A DNA stretch of 64,000 nucleotides from Mobula hypostoma (Eukaryota), in the NCBI RefSeq assembly GCF_963921235.1, contig NC_086107.1:101620001-101684000 (forward strand). Direction: 5' to 3'. Position numbers and translations under genes: made by a program. The notes under the pieces were generated by a model. That model had not been told where the DNA came from. It did no database searches and saw nothing but the letters and a program-made list of their open reading frames with translations. This document shows positions 53,489-64,000 of this stretch, in pieces; the stretch's first letter is position 1, and the number at the start of each line of letters is the position of its first letter.

Positions 53489-53990
53489 CAGTGGCCACAT
53501 TATTAGGTACACCTGCTCATTAACGTAAATATCTAATCAGTCAATAATGTGGCAGTAGCTCAATGCATAAAAGCATGCAGACATGGTCAAGAGGTTTAGT
53601 TGTTGTTCAGACCAAACCATCAGAATGGGGGAAAAATGTCTTTTAAGTAATGTTGACCGTGAAATGATTGTTGGTGCCAGTTGGGGTGATTTGAGTATCT
53701 CAGAAACTGCTGATCTCCTGGGACTTTCACACACAACAGTCTCTAAAGTTTACAGAGAATGGTGTGAAAACAAATAAAATATCCAGTGAGTCACAGTTCT
53801 ATGGGGAAAAATGCCTTGTTAATGAGAGAGATCAGAGGAGAATGGCCAGACTGGTTCAAGCTAAGGGGAAGACAACAATAACTCAAGTAACCAACAGTGA
53901 TGTGCAGAACAGCATCTTTGAATGCACAACACATCAAACCTTGAATTGGATGGGCTACAGCAGCAAAAGGCCACGTAAATACACTCAATG
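53489..53990 (+). mobile_element. Tc1/mariner non-autonomous remnant
   Basis: Begins cagtggccacattattaggtacacc; encodes an HTH-like REMIVGA..GDLSISETADLLGLSHTTVSKVYREW. Confidence 0.8.
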
Positions 53991-54285
53991 AGTTTATTTT
54001 CCCTTTTGAAATATGCTTCTTCTATTCCAGAACATATCAGCTCTGAATTGTTTATTCCTAATGTTACCTTTAGTCAAACACTTTTACCTTGTGTTCTCTA
54101 GCCACCAATCCTCAAACCCATAGGAAATATTTTTTTCAATACTTACTTCATTAAAACCATTCATAGTATCAAACCTTTATCAAACCTCCTCTTAACGCTC
54201 TCAGGGAATTCAATTTCTACAGAAATTGGCTAACTGAAAATAGTTATTAATTTATGTATAACTAATAAAATGTTATGTTCCTTAC

Positions 54286-54427
54286 CATTATCATTGGGAT
54301 GCACAAAGTATCACAAACAGTCAGTAGGAACTCTGAGAAATTCTCTAAAACATTCTCATTTACAGTATCAGGAGATGTGAAAGTATTTTCTTGCATTGAA
54401 GGATCTTTCTGACAATCAACTGCTAAC
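54286..54427 (-). CDS. MEI1: MEI1 coding exon, (R)[47 protein letters not shown]
   Basis: Acceptor ttcttttgtag|GTTAG, donor ATG|gtaagg; 142 nt, phase 2 to 0. Matches recalled human [20 protein letters not shown]...FSEFLLSACDSLCIPMVM. Confidence 0.93.
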
Positions 54428-55184
54428 CTACAAAAGAATAGTTGGAGCATAAAGATACTTTGTTTGAGCATAAAGATACTTTCAGAACTTCTGTAGCATT
54501 ATATTGTCACAACAAAGGAAATAAACTGCAGTCCTGACATTACAAACAGAAGGAAAAAGTAGGATAAAGGTACTTTTGTGGCAGAGAAACTTATTTTCAT
54601 GCTCTATTACTTATGAAAACTACTCTCAAAGAAAGCTTTTCAATCTGTCGCAGACTTGCAATTGAGAAAAAAAAAACTAATACTACTCATTCACAGCAGT
54701 TAATCAATCCCAAGGATTTTGTCTCCCATTTCTTATTTGGCATCCATGACATATGATAATAAAATAAACAAACTCCTGAACATTCCTTTCGCTGCTCTGA
54801 ATTTGTGCTTCTGGTCACTGCTACAGTCAAAATTTATTGCACATGAAATCCACTTGGTCCATCGGGCCCAGGCTGGCTCCCAGCAGAGCACATCCTATCA
54901 ATCCTTTTCCCCCATTTCCTTTTTCTTCCCCCCTGCAGCTGCACCATTTATTCTCTGTCATGTGTCTATCAATTCTTTTGCCACATACAAAAGGGTAGCT
55001 TAAAATTAGCTAATTAACTTAATGCATGTCTTGGGATAGAGAAAGAAATCATAACACCTAATAGAAAACCAGGCTGTCACAGAAGGGTATGTAGACTTAA
55101 CACAGGCAGCACCCTTGTCAGGACTGAATAAGTACTGCTAGAGCTGTGAAGGAGCATTTCTGCCAGCAGTGGCATTGTATGTTC

Positions 55185-55925
55185 CTAGGTCCACATATCT
55201 CCATCTGCATTATCAATGAACTTTCTTCCATCATAAGGTCAGAAATGGAGATGGAAATGATGCATAATATTCCTGCATGCAGCAAAGCAGAGACAACATT
55301 CAAGCATAAGTGGCAGGTAACACACGTTCCACGAAAGTGCAAGGCAATGACCATCTCCTTTAGTATTCAATAACATTACCATTTTCCAGCCCTTCCTCTA
55401 GCAACAATATCTTGGAGGTTGTAAAAATGCCATACTACAGCAGATCAGAAGTTGAGTATCCTACGAGTGACTCAATTCCTCACACCCCAATTCCTTTCCA
55501 CCATCTAAAAAGTAATAGTCGGAATCATGATAGGACACTCTCTATTTCTCTGGATGAATGCAACTCCAACAACTCTCAAGATGCACAATGATCATAATGT
55601 AGACTATCTAGACAGTGCACTGTAGTTACTCACCTCTGGCTATTTCAAAAGCGCATTCTAAATGAGTGATTTCTACCACTAAGGAGAAGGAACAAAGCTG
55701 CATAAAAATACTGTCATGTGCAGGTTCTCTTCCAAGTCACACGTGCTCCTAATCTAGAACTATTTTACTGACCACTGGATCTAAATTCTGGAGCTCCTCA
55801 TCCAAACAGCACTGTGAGTGTGCCATTAGCAGAAGGAACACAGCAGTTTAAGGTTGCAGCTCACCACCATAGTCTCAAGGGCAATTAACGACAAGCCTTG
55901 TCAGCAATGCCCACATCAAGAAAAT
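55185..55925 (+). mobile_element. Old CR1/L2-group LINE 3' remnant
   Basis: Degenerate INELSSIIRS, KWQVTHVPRKCKAMTIS and 3' ctcaagggcaatta; related piece at about 32600-33260. Confidence 0.55.
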
Positions 55926-55980
55926 GAAAAAATGTAAGATTCTGGAAGTGGATAGACAACAGTTATGCCAAAATATAGTA

Positions 55981-56047
55981 CTGTACTATGCAAAAGTGTT
56001 AGGCACATATATATAGCTAGGGTTCCTAAGACTTTTGCACAGTACTG
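55981..56047. mobile_element. Very short Tc1-type MITE (67 bp)
   Basis: About 26-bp imperfect TIRs (ctgtactatgcaaaagtgttaggcac / gttcctaagacttttgcacagtactg), TA on both flanks; partial inverted copy at about 56368-56405. Confidence 0.7.
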
Positions 56048-56957
56048 TAGTACTGTTATGCACTGCACTGTACTCTTGCCACAGAAGAAAAAAAATACTA
56101 ACGTATGTGAGTGATAATAAACTGATTCTGATACGTCTCTATTGTGGACTGAAAGTGAGAAGGGGGTAGGGAAAGGGGAATCATGGTTGGAAAAGGGGGA
56201 AGGGAGAAAGGAGGGAGCAAGAAGCAGCAGAGCGACATTTTGTAATGGTCAGTAAACCAACAATTTGAAATCAAATTACCTTCTCCGCCACCTGCTTCGC
56301 ACCCCTCTCACAACATTGCCATTCACAACCTCTTATGGTTCCACCAGATTCACTCTCTGGTCCACATTGCAAAAGTCTTAGGCACCCTAGCTATATATAT
56401 GTCTGTAGTACTGTTATGCAAAGTGATATTATGGTGTTATGTTACATAAATCCGTGGTATTTTCACAGTTTGCTTCTGCTTCTTTTTATCTCTCTCCAGG
56501 AATGGAAGAAATGCCTAGCCTGACCTGTGGGCATGTCCTTCTGTTCTACATTTTCCAAGTCCCGTATTCTTTTGTGTATGTTCTGTTGTGCAGTAAATGT
56601 TCTCACACTCCAACTGCAACGATTCACTCACTGACCAGAAAATCTTGTTTACAACTTCCAAAAGTACCCCAGTTTCATCCTATCAGAGACATTCTTCTCT
56701 CTCACTCTCCTTACAGCTTTACAAGCTTCTTTTGTTTCATTGATGAAGGGTCTCTGACTTGAAATATCAACTGTTTCTTATTCCACAGATGTGGCTTCAA
56801 TGGATGAGAGTTTCCAGCAATTTCTGTTTTTATATTTCCAGCACAACTAACCACAACTTAGTTGTGGTTTTGATTTTCAACTACATATGTGCCAGTAGGT
56901 GATTTTTGAGATGCAACAGATATACAGAGTCTGAAACTCAACTCAGGGTCAAATACT

Positions 56958-57631
56958 GGTCCGGTGCTCCCGATGTGGCCTTTTATATATTGGCGAGACC
57001 TGACGCAGACTGGGAGACCGCTTTGCTGAACACCTACGCTCTGTCCGCCAGAGAAAGCAGGATCTCCCAGTGGCCACACATTTTAATTCCACATCCCATT
57101 CCCATTCTGACATGTCTATCCACGGCCTCCTCTACTGTAAAGATGAAGCCACACTCAGGTTGGAGGAACAACACCTTATATTCCGTCTGGGTAGCCTCCA
57201 ACCTGATGGCATGAACATCGACTTCTCTAACTTCTGCTAATGCCCCACCTCCCCCTCGTACCCGATCTGTTACTTATTTTTATACACACATTCTTTCTCT
57301 CACTCTCCTTTTTCTCCCTCTGTCCCTCTGAATATACCCTTTGCCCATCCTCTGGGTCCCCCCCCCCCGTCTTTCTTCCCGGACCTCCTGTCCCATGATC
57401 CTCTCGTATCCCTTTTGCCTATCACCTGTCCAGCTCTTGGCTCCATCCCTCCCCCTCCTGTCTTCTCCTATCATTTTGGATCTCCCCCTCCCCCTCCAAC
57501 TTTCAAATCCCTTACTCACTCTTCCTTCAGTTAGTCCTGACGAAGGGTCTCGGCCTGAAACGTCGACTGCACCTCTTCCTAGAGATGCTGCCTGGTCTGC
57601 TGCGTTCACCAACAACTTTTATGTGTGTTGC
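56958..57631 (+). mobile_element. Penelope-like retroelement 3' part (GIY-YIG endonuclease plus terminal region)
   Basis: Hand translation VRCSRCGLLYIGET*RRLGDRFAEHLRSV..PVATHFN..LEEQHLIFRLGSLQPDGMN; 9-bp flanking direct repeat tcaaatact at 56949-56957 and 57632-57640. Confidence 0.92.
57533..57568 (+). ncRNA. Minimal type I hammerhead ribozyme motif (Penelope-associated)
   Basis: agtc-CTGACGA-agg gtctcgg cct-GAAA-CGTC-gact: stem I agtc/gact, intact CUGANGA and GAAA cores, stem II agg/cct, palindromic ACGU mini stem III, GUC cleavage triplet ending at 57564. Confidence 0.8.
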
Positions 57632-57796
57632 TCAAATACTATATTAAGGTTGCAGTTGCAAACAATTTGAAATTTAAAAAAACAGAAAATACTGGACACA
57701 TTCAACATATCTGGGAACATTAATAGAAATAGAAAAAACAATGACATTTCAGATGAACACCATTTACATCTTTGACCTGAAATGTTAAATCTTTAT

Positions 57797-58498
57797 CATC
57801 ATCATCAGGTGCCATGCCCAGTTTGAGCTTTGACTGCCATGGCCCACACACTCCTGTTTCGGGTCAAGTGGATCAATTCATTGGTGTTCATTTCCAGTTC
57901 TCTGGCTGCTGTCTCCATCATCATTTGTTTTTGTCTTGCTTTCTTCCCTTCAATCTTTCCCATAATTACCGTGCATTCTAACTCCTCTTTCCTAATCACA
58001 TGCCCAATGAAGTTATGTTGTCTTTTCATGATCTCATACATTATTTCTCTTTTTGTGTTTGCTCTGTTCATGACATCCTTGTTAGATATTTGTTTCGTCC
58101 ATGATATTCTTTGCATCCTCCTCAAAAACCACATCTCTGCTGCTACAATTCGTTTCCTCATGTTACTAGATATTGTCCAACATTCTGAGCCATATAACAT
58201 AAGTGGATAAACGTAACATTTCAGTACTCTGAATCAGGTTGTCATGCCTAGTTTAGTATTGGTCAGTATACCCTTCATTCTCATAAAGGTGTCTTTTGCC
58301 ATCCCTATTCTTCTTTTGACGTCCATGTCGCACCTGCCATCAGATGTCACCCAACTTCCTAAGTAGCAAAAGTTCTGTACTTGTTTTATGTCATCCCCGT
58401 TTATTCTCAGCCTGCAGATAGGATTTTCCTTCTTTTTGGAAATCACCATACATTCTGTCTTTTTGCAATTGATAGATAGATCCAATTGATAGATAGTA
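57797..58498 (-). mobile_element. RTE-clade LINE 3' fragment, same family as 9711-10586
   Basis: MLYGSECWT..AAEMWFLRRMQRISW, (TGA)n tail; 11-bp TSD taaatctttat at 57786-57796 and 58499-58509. Confidence 0.92.
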
Positions 58499-59175
58499 TA
58501 AATCTTTATACAAATGCAAATTTACTGCTTTTATTTTAGATTTACACCATCATTAAACTGGAAATGGTGCAAAAAATTGAAAGGATCAAAACATATGGTG
58601 TCAGTAATATTTTGATATATACAGAAAGGGTGGATGGTCACGGACTTTTTTTCCTGGCGTGTAGGAGACTGAGGGGCAAGGCATTGCTGACAGTTCCTTA
58701 TTTCCTACCTCCCCTCCCCCCCAGTTCCCAACTGCAGCTTTTACACAATTCCACCCGCTGCACCCCTCTTAGGTTTTAGTCCTGTTCTATAGTTCTCCTA
58801 TTCTGTCTTTAACTAACCTCATTCTGCCTTACATTTTCAGCTAAAGTTCAATTATTTCTTAACTCAGCTTAACTCACAGTTCATGATGCTATGTCAGAAC
58901 AACCAGATTAAAAACTTTGTACAGTATACGCAACCTGATTCATAAAATATACTTCTTAATGTGACTACTTTTGATCCTATTTTTCAGCTAAAATTTCCCA
59001 TTTTATTTCCAACACGCTGATCAAAGCATAGATCTTTAGAGTAATGGTTCATCACTCATATAAGATCCATATTCATTAAGCAGTTATGAGTAATATCAGA
59101 TAATTTAACAACATATTCAATATGGAAATGTCCTTGGGTCATCCATTTATACTATGAAGAATTTTTATGAGGTAC

Positions 59176-59267
59176 CTGCAAGCATTAAGAAAGGCCTTTA
59201 AGGTGCTCAACAACAGTTGTCCTTGTCTTGAAAAGTTTCTGTTTTGTTCTTTTTGCACATACTGATT
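59176..59267 (-). CDS. MEI1: MEI1 internal coding exon (1st in window), NQYVQKEQNRNFSRQGQLLLSTLKAFLNAC(R)
   Basis: Acceptor ttccttattttag|AATCAG, donor TGCAG|gtacct; 92 nt, phase 0 to 2. Resembles recalled human MEI1 ...QRGKFLLSTLEGFRSACR and joins in frame to the next exon. Confidence 0.88.
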
Positions 59268-59892
59268 CTAAAATAAGGAAACAGTAACTAGTGATTAAAA
59301 ATGAAACATGAGAATACGCATTAAAAAAATTACTTTGCTGATCCCCTTTAAGTGAAAAAGACTAGCTAAAAACTGCTGACTCTAAGTAGATACAGAAAAT
59401 TATTAATTATGCACTGCTGAATATCAACTTTTGCATCAAAATAAATCTGGTCTTGAATAATTAGGAGAACATTGAACAAACTATAGCTCTTGCCAAAATT
59501 TTCCATAGCAGAATGTGGCATGAAGCACCATCTGCAACTCCATCAGAATGTGGTACGTTACAAAGGCAGCTTCCATCATGAATGTAAATAACTCAACACA
59601 AAATGTGAATATAAAAGTAAAAATAGAACACATGACTAAATTAATGTTCGCATACTTTGATTCAATTATCCCTGTAATCCCAAATTAGTGCAACTGAAGA
59701 TTACTCTTGGACTTTATTTCCTACATTTACTATCCAATGAGACCACTAGCTCTTACATGAAATGTGATTATTTGCAGGCATGTATGTTTTCAAAGTGATC
59801 ACATATAATGTAAACTGTAAAAATGTTCCTGAACTGGCTATATATCCTGCAGCATTCCTTTTCTCACTCTTACCATGAAGTGTGATTTAGTC

Positions 59893-61503
59893 TAGAACTG
59901 AACTGAATTGACTTTATTATTTACATCCTTCATATACATGAGGAGTAAAAATCTTTACATTACGTCTCCTTGTAAATGTGCAATTATAGTAATTTATAAT
60001 AAATATTATGTACCACAAGATAGTCAATATAACATAGAAGTACAGTTGTGTCAGAGCATGAATTAAGCAGTCTCATGGTCTGGTGGAAGAAGCTGTCCTG
60101 GAGCATATTGGTCCTGGCTTTAATGCTGCGGTACCACTTCTCAGATGGTAGCAGCTGGAACAGTTTGTAGTTGGGGTGACTTGGGTCTCCAATGATCCTT
60201 CCGGCCCTCTTTACACACCTTTGTAAATGTCCTGAATAGTGGGAAATTCACATCTACAGATGCGCTGTGCTGTCCACACCACTCTCTGCAGTCCTGCGAT
60301 TGAAGGAAGTACAGTTCCCATACCAGGCAGTGATGCAGCCAGTCGGGATGCTCTCAATCACGCTCTTATAGAAAGTTCTCAGAATTTGGGGGGCCATACC
60401 AAACTTCTTCAACCATCTGAGGTGAAATAGGCACTGTTGTGCCTTTTTCACCACACAGCCGGTATGTACAGACCACGTGAGATCCTCAGTGATGTTTATG
60501 CCAAAGAACTTAAAGCTCTTCACCCTCTCAACCTTGATGTCTATAGAGGTTAACCTGTCTCCATTCCTCCTGTAGTCCACAACCAGCTCCTTTGTTTTTG
60601 CGACATTGAGGGAGAGGTTGCTGTCTTGACACCACTGTGTCAAGATGAAGACCTCCTCTCTGTAGCTTGCCTCATTATTATTTGAGATTAGGCCAATCAG
60701 GGTAGTGTCATCAGAAAATTTAATTAGCAGACTGGAGCTCTGGTGACAACACAGTTGTGAGTATACCGAGAGTAAAGGAGGGAGCTTAGTACACAGCCCT
60801 AAGGGGCACCTCTGTTGAGGGTCCGAGGGGCAGAGGTGAGGGAGCCCACTCTTACCACCGGCCGACGATCTGACAGGAAGTCTAGGATCCAGCAACACAA
60901 GGCAGGGTGAAGGCTAAGGTCTCCAAGCTGCTTGTCGAGCCTGGAGGGAATTATGGTGTTGATTGCAGAACTGTAGTCCAAGAACAGCATCCCTTTTCTC
61001 CAGATGTCTAAGGACGGTGTATAGAGCTGTGGTTATTGCGTCGTCTGTTGAATGGTTGTGTTGGTAGGTGAACTGTAGGGAGTGCAGTGTTGGTGGCAGC
61101 ATGCTGCAGATGTAGTCCTTGACCAGCCTTTCAAAGCATTTGCTTATTATTGAGGTGTGTGTGACAGGATGCCAGTCGTTCAGACACGTTACCTTGGTCA
61201 TTTTAGGTACAGGGACAATGGTGGATGTTTTGAAGCAGGATGACACTCTACACTGGGAGAGGGTGAGATTAAAAATGTTTGTAAACACACCTGCTAGTTG
61301 TGCCATGCACATCCTGAGTACTCGTCCTGAGATGCCATCTGGTTCCGCAACCTTGCGACTGTCCACCTGTTGGAAATACCTGCGCACTTCAGCCTCAGAG
61401 ATGACTAAGCTGCCGGTCACATCATCTTCAGGTCTCCTCAGGAGCTCAGTATTGACGACATTGAATTGAGCGTACATGGCTGCCGTACGTGGCGCCATCT
61501 TGA
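59893..61503 (-). mobile_element. Rex1/Babar LINE derivative (RT region with deletions)
   Basis: CLNDWHPV..TSIISKCFERLV, FLDYSSA.NTIIP, IKFSDDTTLIGLI, FYKSVIESI.TGCITAWYGNC; (ttcag)n-type tail. Confidence 0.9.
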
Positions 61504-61569
61504 AATGTGCTTGGGGTTTGAAATTTCTGTTTATTCTATGTTAGATGGGTATCCAAGATCATGACAATC

Positions 61570-64000
61570 CTTATAAACAGAAAGCTGCCCCGTATCCTCA
61601 TCAATTTTAACTCCATCCTTGTATCCCCTTCCATGGGATTTCAGCAACATACTCTTCCATAATGAATGCTGATACAGAACACTCACTTAGTCATAGTCCA
61701 TTGGCCCATCTAGTCCATACCAAACCTCATCTCTTTTGGTTCCATGCATAGGTGACCATTCTGATTTTCCAGAGGACTAACTTTGTTCTTTGCTATTCTT
61801 TTGCTCTTAATATATCTGTAGAAGCCCTTGTGATTCTCCTTGACTTTGTCTGCTAGAGCAACCTCATGCCTTTTTTTTAAACCCTCTTGATTTCCTTCTA
61901 AAGTGTTCCTGTGTATTTCTTATACTCAAATACCTCATTTGCTCCTTTCTGCCTATACCTGCTATGTACCATCTTCTTTTTCTTAACCGGGGCCTCAATA
62001 TCTCTCAAAAACCAAGGTTTCCTAAACCTGTTAACCTTGTCTTTTATTCTGTCAGAAACATGTGAACTTAACTCTCAAATTTTCATTTTTGAAGGCTAGC
62101 CATTTACCAAGCACACCTTTGCCAGAAAGCAAGTCACAATCCATAGTGGCCAGATCATTTCTGTAACATCAAAATTGGCCTTTCTCCAATTTAAAATCTT
62201 AACCTGAGGACCAAACCTATCCTTCTCCATAATTATCTTAAAACTAATGGCATTATAATTATTAGATGCAACGTGCTCCCCTAAGCAATCTTCTGTTACT
62301 TGCCCTGTCTCATTTCCCAATAGGAGCTAGTATTGTACTCCCTCTAGGAGGGACCTCTTAAGTACTGATTGAAGAAACTATCCTGAATACATTTGACAAA
62401 CTCTATCCCATCCAGCCCTTTTACAGTATGGGAGTCCTAGTCTAAATGTAGGAAGTTAAAAACATCTGTACCACATCCTTGTGTTTCTTGAAACAATCTG
62501 CAATCTCTGTACAAATTTGCTCTTCTAAACCCTGCGGACTGCTGGGTGGTCTATAATATAATCCCACTAATGTGGTCATTCCTTTCTTAGTTCCACCCAT
62601 ATAGCCCCAGTGGACGAGCTTTCCAGTCTGTCCTGACTGAGCATTACCTTGACATTTTCCCTGACTAGTAATTCCACCTCTCCCCTTTTAATCTTTCCCC
62701 TCTATCAGTTTTTAAAGCAACAGAACCCTGAACATTGAACTGTCAGTCCTGCCCTCCTGCAATCAAGTTTCACTAATGGTTACTACGCAATAATTCTGCA
62801 TGCTGATAAATGCCCTAAGCTCATCCACCTACAATACTCTTTGCACTGAAATATACACAACTCAGAACCTTAGTCTCACCAGATTCCTGACTCTGTATGT
62901 TGGCTTACCATCTTTCCCCACAACCACTCCACTATCGGCTCTGGCGCTCTGGTTCCTATCTCCTTGCAAATCTAGTTTAAACCCCCATGTGCAGTATTAG
63001 CAAACCTCCTGCATAGTTATTAGTTCCCCTCCAGTTCAGGTACAAACTGTCTGTTTTGTACAGGTCCCATCTTCCCTGGAAGACAGCCCAATGATCCAAA
63101 AATCTGAAGCCTTCCATCCTGCACCATCTCCTTAGCTACATGTTAAACTGTATGATCTTCCTATTTCTGGCCTCACTAACACATGGCATGGGTAGCAATC
63201 CTGAGGTATCAACCCTCGAGTTCTTGCCCTTTAACTTAGCACCCAACTCCCTGAACTCACTTTGCAGCACCTTGTCTTCCTTTTTACCCATGTTATTTGT
63301 GCCGAGATGGACTACAACCTTTGGCTGGTCACCCTTCTACTTAAGAATGCTGTGGACTCAATCTGAGATGTTCCTGACCCTGGCACCTGGGAGGCAACAT
63401 ATCATCCAGGAATCTTGTTCTCATCCACCAACCTCCTGCCTGTTCCTCTAACCAAAGAATCCTCTATCACTACAACTTGCTTCTTCTCCCCACTTCCCTT
63501 CTGAGCCAGAGCCAGACTCAGTGTCAGAGACCTGACTGCTATGAGTTTCCTCTGCTAGGTCATCCCCTCCCCCACCATATGTGTCCAAAGCTGTATACCT
63601 GTTGTTGAGGGGAATAGCCACAGAGGTACTCTGCACTAGCAGACTATCCCCTTTGCCCTTCCAGCTGGTCATCCAGTTACCCACATCCTGCACTTTGGGT
63701 GTAACTACCTACCTGTACCTCCTGTCAATCAACCACTCAGGCTCCTAAATGATCCAGAGTTCATCCAGTTCCACCTCCAATACCTTAACATGGTCTGAAA
63801 GAAGCTGCAGCTGGATGCATGCACGTCTTGCAGCTGTGTTTGTCAGAGACATTGGAGGCCTCCGTGCCTTCCCAGATCTTGTAAGAAGAGCATTCCACTA
63901 TCCTGACTGGCATCCCCACTGCTCTGACTTTGAGGCTCTCCATTGGTTGGAGTTGACCATGGATACTGTGTCCCATGTAGTACGTTCCCGATTCTCCATG
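61570..64000 (-). mobile_element. Old CR1 LINE (ORF1 and APE region), runs to the window edge
   Basis: VAIPLNNRYTALDT, C.SC..WE ORF1 motifs and LNWRKANF; heavily decayed. Confidence 0.8.

Overview
Eukaryotic, repeat-dominated intronic DNA. The repeat complement (HE1-type V-SINEs, CR1, Rex1/Babar, RTE, Penelope) points to a cartilaginous fish, probably a ray or skate; this is an inference. The only host gene I can support is MEI1 (meiotic double-strand break formation protein 1) on the minus strand. It has eight consecutive internal coding exons (59267-59176, 54427-54286, 36161-36050, 35890-35830, 35555-35461, 30516-30339, 23121-22974, 21274-21011; 1092 nt, 364 codons), all with GT-AG boundaries and compatible phases. 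The gene's start and end lie outside the window. Nearly all listed ORFs are decayed transposon fragments or their antisense shadows. The best leads are: a 45-bp tandem triplication of a MEI1 splice acceptor that creates three in-frame 3' splice sites; an intact minimal hammerhead ribozyme motif in a Penelope element, with decayed sister copies; an internally deleted hAT element with an open zinc-finger ORF ending at a consensus splice donor that is phase-compatible with MEI1 exons; a Gypsy provirus carrying multi-level nested insertions; and a young IR/DR Tc1 element. I found no convincing wholly new multi-gene system. Family assignments come from recalled motifs, not database searches, and repeat boundaries without TSDs are approximate.
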